Source of the DNA: Amoeboradix gromovi X-113
Taxonomy: Eukaryota > Fungi > Sanchytriomycota
Assembly (NCBI GenBank): GCA_018985225.1
Contig: JADGIF010000332.1
Location: forward strand, 1-10,694
Length of the DNA stretch: 10,694 nucleotides
Direction of reading: 5' to 3'
Part shown: piece by piece, positions 1 through 7,810 of the stretch
How positions within the stretch are numbered: the stretch's first letter is position 1
How the letters are laid out: each line of letters opens with the position of its first letter
Made by a program: the position numbers and the translations under genes
Notes under the pieces: model-generated
Database searches by the model: none
What the model was told of the DNA's origin: nothing
What the model saw: only the letters and a program-made list of their open reading frames with translations

Positions 1-202
1 TACTCGTCAACTCCGCAACTAGCTGAATGTCCACTCGCCTTTTAAATCCATAAAGTAATAAAGCTGAAATAATGTTCAAGTTGTTATAGAAATTTAGTCC
101 AGTTTTTATATTTGATGTCCCAATTGGATATTAAAAGTGCACATGAAGGGTGAAAATAGGATTGAATTCTTTGCATAAAACAAGAAATATTTACTGCGAT
201 AA

Positions 203-2080
203 TTATAGCATTTTCATATATCCACATCCCAAATATTCCCACACGATTTTTAACTGGCTCTCAAATGGCATGTATTTCAACCATGACTCCAGATCACCCA
301 CTGAAATTTTTAAATTCATATCGCTCCACTCGAAAGCCATCTTCTTTAATATTCTACGTCTGTTTTTAACCCACAGCTGACTATATGAATAACCTTTGAT
401 CAGTTCCAACGGATGCAAGTAGTCATTCGAGCATTCTTTCAAATATACATGACCACTCATTTGGGAGAACGTAGAACCTTCTGTTCCGTAGAATGCTGTA
501 CCACTGCCTGCCATCAACTGGTCTACAAATGCGTAGTACAGATTACCCTTTCCAAAAGCCAACAACTCACTGGATAGATCTATTTTATGGTCAGGCTTTT
601 GAGAATCTCCTTTAAGAATTTGATTAATTTCATGAATCATTAACGGGTCTGTTTTTAAGACATCAGTGTCTTTGAAATCTTGTAGGTAAAATGTGCAGGG
701 ATATTTGTTGTTGTGATTTCTCAAAAACACATCGCTACGTGGTGACTTAACATCTGTAGCTACATAAATAACCACAGGTAACTGCTTAGGCAGCAGTTTA
801 ATCAAGTCTTTGTTGTAAATAGCATCGTTGGGTGCATCGGATGGACCTGTAGCAAAGCTATCTTTTAGCTCCATAAACCAGTGATTCTGGTATTTCCGAC
901 ATGCTTCCATCTTCAAATTTATGTCTTTTATTGACTTGATATCATTTAAGCTGGGAGCAGTGGAGAATTCTGGCTGCTTAACCTTGCTGTTAAAATCATA
1001 TTTCTCAGTCTTGTATTGTTCGTAAATCAGTGAGCGATTCATCGAAGTTGAGAATGGCAGTCCCTTGATTGGATTATCAAGCTGCTGGATAGCTAGAGAA
1101 GTAAAGGTCCGCAGCTCCTTGTCAAGGTGCTTCATAAACAAAGAACGGTGTTGAACGAAACTAGATTCAGTAGATCTGTAGTGAACAGATACAAATGAGC
1201 CTAGTTTGCTTTTCATACTGTTGGTCATTGAATTAACTAATGGGTTGTTATAGATTAGAGATTTCTGGATGGTTGATTGAACTTTTAGATTGTGTTTTTT
1301 ATACAAGCCTAATCGCGAACTACCAAATAAGCTACCGAACTGTAGTAAGGAATGGTTGAACTTCTTTAAAAATGAGAACTCCAACGGGATTTTATATTTA
1401 CCAAGATAACTGGATTGAATTTCGCTATTTAAATATATCGGGGTATCTACTATGGGCTGCCGTTGTATATATTTGTTGTCTTCAAACACTGTGATGTCGA
1501 AATACTCGAATTGATGGTGATGAATTAGATCCAAATTTGTGTCAAATAATTTATACGAATACAGCTCATCGTCTTTTATGACTGTGGTATCTGAAATGTT
1601 AAAATCAGGGTAGTGAAGAGCATCCATTTCAATAAATGAAATGTTTAAATCTTTTAAAAACTTAAAATCAACAAACATTGACCATTTTGTCAGTTCACGA
1701 GTGGGTTTACGACATGCTACATACAAACTATCACGAATGACTGTGGCATTTCCAAGAGCTATACGACGAGTGACCTCATCAATGCATTTACGACGGGTTC
1801 GTTGAACTTGATGGGTCCTTTGATGAACTAAGGATTTTAGGTGGCTGTAAGACTTCCACGGCACCGCTTTCCCTAGAAACAGAGGTGGGATTATGAGTGT
1901 TCTATTTAGTATGTAGGCTACCAATATAGCATTTTCTAGTCCAATCCTCTGGTTATTTAGACCAGAATGAGTAAGGTAGCTTACGTATTTGGCATCCTTG
2001 CTTTCAATTACAGATTGACCTGGCATAGACACATAGAATAATATAGATAGAGCTGTAATGCTGACATAAAGTCTTAACAT
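203..2080 (-). CDS. O-fucosyltransferase-like (GT-B fold, fungal CigA-type) type II membrane glycosyltransferase
   Basis: 625-aa ORF with an N-terminal hydrophobic anchor. Motifs resemble fungal O-FucT-like proteins: KYVSYLTHSGLNNQRIGLENAILVAYILNRTLIIPP, FGSLFGSSRL, VHYRS, IYVATD and DQLMAGSGTAFYGTEGSTFS (GDP-sugar-binding STFS). Confidence 0.85.
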   Translation of the reverse strand: MLRLYVSITALSILFYVSMPGQSVIESKDAKYVSYLTHSGLNNQRIGLENAILVAYILNRTLIIPPLFLGKAVPWKSYSHLKSLVHQRTHQVQRTRRKCIDEVTRRIALGNATVIRDSLYVACRKPTRELTKWSMFVDFKFLKDLNISFIEMDALHYPDFNISDTTVIKDDELYSYKLFDTNLDLIHHHQFEYFDITVFEDNKYIQRQPIVDTPIYLNSEIQSSYLGKYKIPLEFSFLKKFNHSLLQFGSLFGSSRLGLYKKHNLKVQSTIQKSLIYNNPLVNSMTNSMKSKLGSFVSVHYRSTESSFVQHRSLFMKHLDKELRTFTSLAIQQLDNPIKGLPFSTSMNRSLIYEQYKTEKYDFNSKVKQPEFSTAPSLNDIKSIKDINLKMEACRKYQNHWFMELKDSFATGPSDAPNDAIYNKDLIKLLPKQLPVVIYVATDVKSPRSDVFLRNHNNKYPCTFYLQDFKDTDVLKTDPLMIHEINQILKGDSQKPDHKIDLSSELLAFGKGNLYYAFVDQLMAGSGTAFYGTEGSTFSQMSGHVYLKECSNDYLHPLELIKGYSYSQLWVKNRRRILKKMAFEWSDMNLKISVGDLESWLKYMPFESQLKIVWEYLGCGYMKML

Positions 2081-2785
2081 GTTTTACTTTTGATACCAAA
2101 ATGATAGTGACGACTTCGAGACGTATTACACATTAACAAAAATTAGACAAAGCAGAAAGGTAATTGCTTAATTTAATCTAGCCAAGAAGTCAGGTTTTTT
2201 ACTTTTACCTATTCCTAATGTGAGTGCTCGCTTTACAAACTTCTGTTCATTTGTCGGAATTGAAGAATAACCAAACCAATGACTTTTTACCAATATCAAA
2301 CAATGCTATCATGTTAAGGTACTCAATTACCCTTTTGATATGCCTAAAAGCGCCAACACCGTAGGTTCAAGTGTTTCGTTCTAATTGAGGAAAAATATGC
2401 TAAAATTTTACATTTGGGACATCAAATAAAAAAACTAAACTAACTTTCTAAAATAGCTGGAATCATTATTTCAAGTTTGTATTAACCGATAGTAAATTAA
2501 ATTAATCTTATTGGTTGCACCTTTTGCTTAGACAACAAGAGACCTCGTATATTTTAAAGAGGGGAATGACATTAATGAAAGAAAATTGGTTTAAAAGAAG
2601 GACTTTTATTAATAATAGTATTTCCTCTTTATGGAGCACCTCTTTTAAAGACGACTTGGTCTGGTTTTTATATTTGGTGTCCCATACCCAATTGCCTGAA
2701 CTCAAAGATGGTGACATTTAATTCTTTAAGAGCTTCGCGTTTAAGATAGGCATTTATGCGACATGTATAGAAGTAAGACAGTGAT

Positions 2786-3240
2786 CCGATGTTTAAAAGC
2801 TTTGAGTTTTGGTTTATGACAAAATCAAGTCTCGCCACAAAGAAACTGAATTGTCTGTCACTGTTCGAATGATTGGTCACGCCCACACCACACTAAGTCA
2901 GGATTGAATGGGATCTGTACACTTTAAGTGTATTCTTTGCTGCTATATGGTCTCCGTTTGCTTCCATAATGAAATTTATATAATTCTATAATTCGATTTT
3001 TTAAGAATACCACCACATTGTACACGCTTGATTAGTAAATATAAACTCATTTTTAAAGCATTTTCTGTATTTAATATCACGTATTCTTTTTAGATTTGAA
3101 GTATTCTGGACAGAAGTATCTGTAGCCGTTTAAAATTAATCAAAAGAAATATTATCGGATTGCTAAATCTTAGACGATCCTAGAAATATAATAAATTAAA
3201 ACAGCAAAGCTCATGTTATCATGATAAATAATTTATTCAA
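2786..3240 (-). mobile_element. Non-autonomous IS607/Fanzor2-type element, copy A (old, diverged, internally deleted)
   Basis: The minus strand aligns colinearly with copies B and C. Left end: TTGAATAAATtATTTATC...CGATAatatttcTTTT...CCaGAATActTCAAaTCTAAA. Then a broken Fanzor frame: NE-FTNQACTM(C)GILKKSN...EANGDHIAAKN. Then ATTCAATCC...GCGTGA...AGTTTCTtTGTGG...GATTTT...CTTTTAAacatcGG. Ends are approximate (about 15 bp uncertainty). Confidence 0.8.
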
Positions 3241-3241
3241 C

Positions 3242-4291
3242 TTACATCAGCTCTGCTTTAAATAGTTCGCTGCAAACTCGAGCCCTCCAATAATTCATTT
3301 CTTGCTGATTGAAAGTCAATATTCTACATAATTCTGCTGCGTTGTCTTCCTTTTTAATGGTGGAGTAATGCACTGCAAATGATTTAGCACCCATAATTGC
3401 AAACATTCCACAATCATTTCCATTCTCCTGTTGTGGGTTATTCGATAGATTTATTAATTCCACTTTGTCAATATGAGACAAAAACGCCTTACCCTCTAAA
3501 TGTGGTTTATCTTTGCATTCGTTTATCAGGTAGTTTTTTATGTCCCTCAAAACTTGCTGGCCTTTGTAATTGCCCATAGAGTCTATGTATATTATTTTTT
3601 TATGCTTTATTAAAACAATCGCCAATGCCCAATGACCCGGATGGTGTATTGGGATTGCTAAAATATGTTTAATAAAAATGTTTACTTTTTTGGTATGGCG
3701 TTTCACACGTGAGTAATTTTGAAGCAGAAAAGTGTAAAAGTTTGTGTTGTAGCAGTGCAAATTTGTGTATCTTTTTGTTAGTAGGTACAAGAAACCATTT
3801 ATGCAGTCATCTGCTAGCCATGTGCCCATATAAAATCGTTTCATTTCATCCTTGGGTATCTCTATCCTGTCTACAATTGTAGGAAAATTCATGGCTATAT
3901 CACTTGATTTTGACAAAGAATTATGTGAATAGCCAACAAAAGCACAGACATTTTTTGGCAAGCCAATTTTTTGAAAATCAGTCTTACATATCTCAACAGG
4001 AGGCATTAAAAGCCTATTAAGAGGAAATAAATCTATAAAGCTTTGCAGTGCATCAACAGATCTTTGTATGATTTTCGATTGATAACTGTAGAACAGAGGA
4101 GAGTAACTAACAACATTAGTATTAACCGGTATATCCGTTTTGGATGATTGAGCATTGCTGAATTTATCTAATATTTGTGTTAGTTCCCTTGATTTATTCA
4201 ATTCGTACTTAATTATATCAGGAAACGGATTTCGTATCTTTTTGGGAAGTTTAAAATCAGAATGACGCATTAAACCGGGGGGTATCTCCAA
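3242..4291 (-). CDS. Ulp1/SENP-family SUMO/Ubl-specific cysteine protease (peptidase C48)
   Basis: Motifs WLADDCINGFL, NTNFY, IPIHHPGHWAL (catalytic His), YIDSM (Asp) and PQQENGNDCGMF (oxyanion Gln, catalytic Cys), with a typical C-terminus. The start is uncertain: the track uses TTG at 4291, the first in-frame ATG is at 4270, and an upstream exon is possible. Confidence 0.92.
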   Translation of the reverse strand: MEIPPGLMRHSDFKLPKKIRNPFPDIIKYELNKSRELTQILDKFSNAQSSKTDIPVNTNVVSYSPLFYSYQSKIIQRSVDALQSFIDLFPLNRLLMPPVEICKTDFQKIGLPKNVCAFVGYSHNSLSKSSDIAMNFPTIVDRIEIPKDEMKRFYMGTWLADDCINGFLYLLTKRYTNLHCYNTNFYTFLLQNYSRVKRHTKKVNIFIKHILAIPIHHPGHWALAIVLIKHKKIIYIDSMGNYKGQQVLRDIKNYLINECKDKPHLEGKAFLSHIDKVELINLSNNPQQENGNDCGMFAIMGAKSFAVHYSTIKKEDNAAELCRILTFNQQEMNYWRARVCSELFKAELM

Positions 4292-4531
4292 AGCATACGA
4301 ACTTTTTTATGGTGCTGTAACTTTAGTAATAGAGATTTAGGACATATTAGAGCTCTAATGATTACAGGATTTGATTTTAGTATATCCTTATTCTATTTGG
4401 ATAACTGTCATTGAGATAAATGGCTTTTCTGAGATTGCCGTAAGCTATTCTATGCTCAACTTCGTTCTTTCTATTTTGGTATTTAAAATATTTTTTGTAA
4501 TTTTCTTAGAATAAATTTGGAGAAATGAAAC

Positions 4532-4765
4532 ATGCTTCAATCACAAAATGAAAACTTGCATCCAGCACCAAAGAGAGCTAATAATAAAAACAGAAAAAAG
4601 AAGATATTGTGGAACCCTAAAAGTAGATGTGAACAGGTTGACAAATGGACTCACGACAAATATGAAAGCGATGACGAAGACGAATTAATTATCATTGGTC
4701 TAGCTAATAATACAAACAGAATTTCAGGCATACCCATAAAAAAGTCCAATACCACGGACAATTAA
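4532..4765 (+). CDS. Small basic/acidic hypothetical protein with a KWTHDKY motif (Btz/CASC3-like motif, weak)
   Basis: 77-aa ATG-initiated ORF, divergent from the SENP gene. It has an NLS-like KNRKKK, then DKWTHDKY followed by an acidic run. Confidence 0.4.
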   Translation: MLQSQNENLHPAPKRANNKNRKKKILWNPKSRCEQVDKWTHDKYESDDEDELIIIGLANNTNRISGIPIKKSNTTDN

Positions 4766-5092
4766 TAAATTAAAACATTATATCATCCATCCATATATCA
4801 TTATCGACTTTGCAAACGCTTTGCTGAGCCTGGTGCACTTGCTATTATCGATAGATTTTATTTTTCCAGTAAAGAAGCTATTATTAAGTTCTATTTAGGA
4901 AATTCGATAGATTTGGAAACTTGGTATTAATTGGAGGGAGGCTTACAGCTCGATTGTTTTCTTGAATAAATCATTTATCGCGAATTTGTATATATTTTTG
5001 TATAATTTCATGACTTTCCCAGATTTTCTAACAGCTTAAATACTCGATATTCTTCCTTTTCGTAAATGGTAAATGGAATAAATGGATGTTAA

Positions 5093-5180
5093 CCTGAATA
5101 TGTCAATTCTAAAGAATCACCCACAGGTACAGCATACATTCGTCTCAGACTGATAAGCTGGTCCAAGCATGGAAATTTGA
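5093..5180 (+). pseudogene. Remnant of the N-terminal winged-HTH of an IS607-type serine recombinase (TnpA)
   Basis: Allowing two small frameshifts, it reads PEYVNSKE(I)THRYSIHSSQT(L)ISWSKHGN. This fits the IS607 TnpA N-terminal pattern Y-x-x-x-K-E...S-x-T-L-x-x-W-x-x-x-G-K. Copy C has NSKEITNSYSI and copy A has PEYFKSK at the same position. Confidence 0.55.
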
Positions 5181-5390
5181 TGCCATGTACAATATGTGGC
5201 ACTTTAAAGAAAACCAATTTGGAGAGCTATTCATGTACATAGTGTCGTTTGGAAGTGGACATGGATCACATGGTACCAAGGAACAAATTCGATGCCATGT
5301 ACGAGGTACTTTGAAGAAATCCAATTTAGAAACTGAAGCTGTACAAAGTGTTATTTGGAGATAGATAGAGACCATATGGCAGCAAGGAAC
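5173..5390 (+). repeat. Imperfect tandem duplication (~112 bp period) of the Fanzor zinc-finger/RuvC-III segment
   Basis: AAATTtGATGCCATGTAC at 5173 and AAATTcGATGCCATGTAC at 5285. Unit 1 reads CTICGTLKKTNLESYSCT*CRLEVDMDHMVPRN. Unit 2 reads ..GTLKKSNLET/SCTKCYLEIDRDHMAARN. Confidence 0.85.
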
Positions 5391-5411
5391 ATATACATCA
5401 AGTATCTGCAT

Positions 5412-5533
5412 CCTTATTCAATCCCGCCTCAGGGTAGTGAAAGCGTGAGCGATCACTGCAACGGAGCATCTGGCATTGCTAGTTTCTCTCAGGAAATTGT
5501 AGATTTTCTCAGAAATCAGGTCTTTTAACGAGG
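5412..5533 (+). ncRNA. Putative Fanzor2 omegaRNA scaffold (copy B); guide would start at ~5534 (AGTTTCCACACTTTAAAA...)
   Basis: Conserved with copy C up to the element end. Predicted elements: a CCC/GGG stem with loop GCCUCA whose CCUC (5427-5430) complements terminal GAGG (5530-5533); a UAGUGA/UCACUG stem capped by GC-GUGA-GC; and a GGAAAUU/GAUUUUC stem. The 5' boundary is unknown. Confidence 0.65.
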
Positions 5534-5635
5534 AGTTTCCACACTTTAAAATATTACCAGTTAAATGCAAGTCTAGGCAAGTACAATATATATACAAGAT
5601 AAGACTCAGCAAACATAGCACTACCAGATAAACAA

Positions 5636-6898
5636 TTAAATGTATTTATTTACAAACTTCTGGATCTCCGCTAAGCTTTCGAAACTCTCTTTTAATCCCA
5701 TCATCTGATGTATATGTGGCATCTTATCATAAACAGTGTGAATTGTATTCAAGTTCCCATGTTCAGTAAGTTTATCATAAAAAACTTTGTTGTCATCTAA
5801 TAATGCTTCATACTCGCCTGTGTTTATCAGTATTGGGGGCATATTACTCAAATCGCCATTTATCGGTGAAAATAGTTTGTCATTTAGCATATACGCTTCT
5901 ACATCCATAACATTGCAGTAGCATCCTAGAAGCTTGCTAATATCTAATTTGTTATCCAGGTAGTCATATCCATGACTAAGTTTGAATGAATCCCCACTGC
6001 AAGTCAAATCAGTCCAGGGGCTTATAAATACAGCACAACTTGGCAACTCCAAACTCAACAACTTCAGTTGTTGCATAACGCACAGCGATATATTTCCGCC
6101 TGCGGAATCGCTCAGAAATGCGATCTCTCGCGGGTTTACATCCAAAACATCTATTAAGTACTTGTACGTATCAAGCACATCTATAATTGGACTAGGCCAT
6201 GATTTTTCAGGTACTATGCTGTATTCAACAAATGCTATACCATAGTCAGGGAATATTGACTGAATTCTAGGTAGCAACAAGGCATTATGATATATAAATG
6301 CACCTCCAGGCACGTAAAGGATCCATTTGCTACACGGTCTCTTTTTGGGAACTAGAAATGTCGATTTGAACACTTTTGGACGAGGCCCCAAGTGTCTAAT
6401 TCTAAAATCCTCATCAAATTGAGAGGCATTATACGGAACGGGAATATTCCATCTCGGTGATCTTATGTTTGTTTTTGAGAATGTATATTTATAGCTTACC
6501 ACTCCATTTGAATTATCTATGGAATAATACATTTCTTCATCGGGTCTACCGAGATGTAAAACAGATTGTACTTTCATTTTATAGCTCACATATAACAATG
6601 CTAGACTATCAGTAAATGCGTTGCACAATCTAAATCTGTGAACAGTGAAAAGCTTGTGGTCGAGTGATTTACGAATGCCGCGAGAAACGCCAAATGCAAA
6701 CCTGTTCATTTTAGACACTTGTAGATCGTTTGAATATTTATGAGTATATAATCCCCTTATGAATTCTAGGATAACGTGAATGTACATCATAACGGCTGGG
6801 ATAAAATGATTCATTAATTTACAAAATGTTTCCGAATACGACGTCACGAAATTGGCAATGTGAAGAGGTAGAAGTACCAAAGCAAGTGAGAGAGTCAA
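5636..6898 (-). CDS. Alpha/beta hydrolase, hormone-sensitive-lipase-like family (Abhydrolase_3) esterase/lipase
   Basis: Motifs YVPGGAF (HGGG-like oxyanion loop), SDSAGG nucleophile elbow, ISPWTDL, GEYEALLDD (acid) and MPHIHQ (His), with a hydrophobic N-terminus. The start is uncertain (track TTG 6898; first in-frame ATG 6814). Confidence 0.9.
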   Translation of the reverse strand: MTLSLALVLLPLHIANFVTSYSETFCKLMNHFIPAVMMYIHVILEFIRGLYTHKYSNDLQVSKMNRFAFGVSRGIRKSLDHKLFTVHRFRLCNAFTDSLALLYVSYKMKVQSVLHLGRPDEEMYYSIDNSNGVVSYKYTFSKTNIRSPRWNIPVPYNASQFDEDFRIRHLGPRPKVFKSTFLVPKKRPCSKWILYVPGGAFIYHNALLLPRIQSIFPDYGIAFVEYSIVPEKSWPSPIIDVLDTYKYLIDVLDVNPREIAFLSDSAGGNISLCVMQQLKLLSLELPSCAVFISPWTDLTCSGDSFKLSHGYDYLDNKLDISKLLGCYCNVMDVEAYMLNDKLFSPINGDLSNMPPILINTGEYEALLDDNKVFYDKLTEHGNLNTIHTVYDKMPHIHQMMGLKESFESLAEIQKFVNKYI

Positions 6899-7387
6899 TA
6901 ATGGCTATTCTAGTCAGCTTCTAAGCTCAAAAAACGGGACTCCCATTGCTGTTTAGATCCTAAAGATCATCAGAGCTGGGGTAGGCCTAAAATGATTCTT
7001 CTTTGGTCTTAAATAAGCTTTTTTCAAATTCAAATAAATGCTAACCACCAGAACTTCTTTAAAGATTTTCTCATTTCAGGAAATTGTGCAAAGACCAAAC
7101 AACTCTTGAATGTCTTGTAAAAGTACATGAATCTCTATGCTGGCATCGAGAGCCATCAGATAGGTCGCGCAGAAGAGCATATTAGGTATCCTCAAGTGAG
7201 TTTTCTGTATTAAAAATTTTCTGGCAGCTTGACTATTTTCTTGAATAAATCATTTATCGCGAATTTGTATATATTTTTATATAATTTCATGACTTTTCCA
7301 GATTTATCTAATAGCTTAAATACTAGATATTCTTCCTTTTCGCAAATGGTAAATCAATTCTAAAGAAATAACTAACAGTTACAGTAT

Positions 7388-7810
7388 ACAAAGACAAATG
7401 ATCTTATATACTTACCCTCGTTCAATACGAGCCAGATGCTAAGTAGCTTGTCGAGCAAGGTCGCAAGAAACATGGCTACAATGTCCCATTACGTATTCAA
7501 GGAATGTTTGAAGTTCAAGTGCAAACAAAGAGGAAAGGCGATAATCGAATGTAATGAATCATTTACTAGTCAGACATGTACAAAGTGTGATACTCTAAAG
7601 AAAACCAATTTGGAGAGCTGGACTTATACCAACTGTCATTTGAAGATAGATAGAGACCATATGGCTGCAAGGAACATATACATCAAGTATATGCACCCTT
7701 ATTCAATCCCACCTCAGGGTAGTGAAAGCGTGAGCGATCACTGTAACGGAGCAACTAGCATTAGTTTCTCTGTGGAAATTCTCGATTTTCTCGGAAATCT
7801 GGACTTTTAA
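7388..7810 (+). pseudogene. C-terminal fragment of a Fanzor2 / IS607-type TnpB RNA-guided nuclease
   Basis: The open frame reads TKTNDLIYLPSFNTSQMLSSLSSKVARNMATMSHYVFKECLKFKC...CNESFTSQTCTKC...YTNCHLKIDRDHMAARNIY. The LPxFxTSxM and SHYxF patterns, the relocated catalytic Glu in ExxTS, the zinc ribbon and the RuvC-III DRD-x-x-A-A-x-N-I are typical of Fanzor2. The N-terminal part including RuvC-I is absent, and the third Zn-ligand Cys is Tyr. Confidence 0.9.

Larger units (their letters stand above)
4942..5533 (+). mobile_element. Non-autonomous IS607/Fanzor2-type element, copy B (internal deletion plus internal tandem duplication)
   Basis: High similarity to copy C over the left ~190 bp (from CAGCT at 4946) and the right ~170 bp (to TTTTAACGAGG). 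It is preceded by GG (4940-4941) and ends in GG (5532-5533). It contains TnpA-like and Fanzor-like coding remnants. Confidence 0.88.

Noticed and set aside
2668-2886. 72-aa minus-strand ORF as an independent gene
   Set aside because: It has a non-ATG start, and its N-terminal half is the decayed Fanzor tail of copy A running into flank.
4292-4460. TAA/TAG-to-Gln recoding extending the SENP N-terminus
   Set aside because: The long ORFs contain no internal TAA/TAG and end at TAA at natural C-termini, so the standard code fits.
4914-5541. Inverted repeat TGGAAACT (4914-4921) / AGTTTCCA (5534-5541) as TIRs or as a target of the copy B guide
   Set aside because: It is only 8 bp, lies outside the region shared with copy C, has no equivalent in C and is not preceded by GG on the matching strand. 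This is compatible with chance.
5145-5621. Minus-strand ORFs 5145..5411 and 5418..5621 as genes
   Set aside because: They are antisense shadows of the Fanzor remnant and omegaRNA region of copy B.
150-6245. Short ORFs 150..380, 2508..2717, 2515..2721, 3397..3579 and 5982..6245
   Set aside because: They are antisense to well-supported genes, or short with no recognisable motifs and mostly non-ATG starts.
7436-7810. Functional stand-alone 124-aa TnpB/Fanzor gene
   Set aside because: Homology continues upstream of the ATG to a deletion junction at ~7388. RuvC-I and the N-terminal lobes are missing and a zinc-ligand Cys is mutated.
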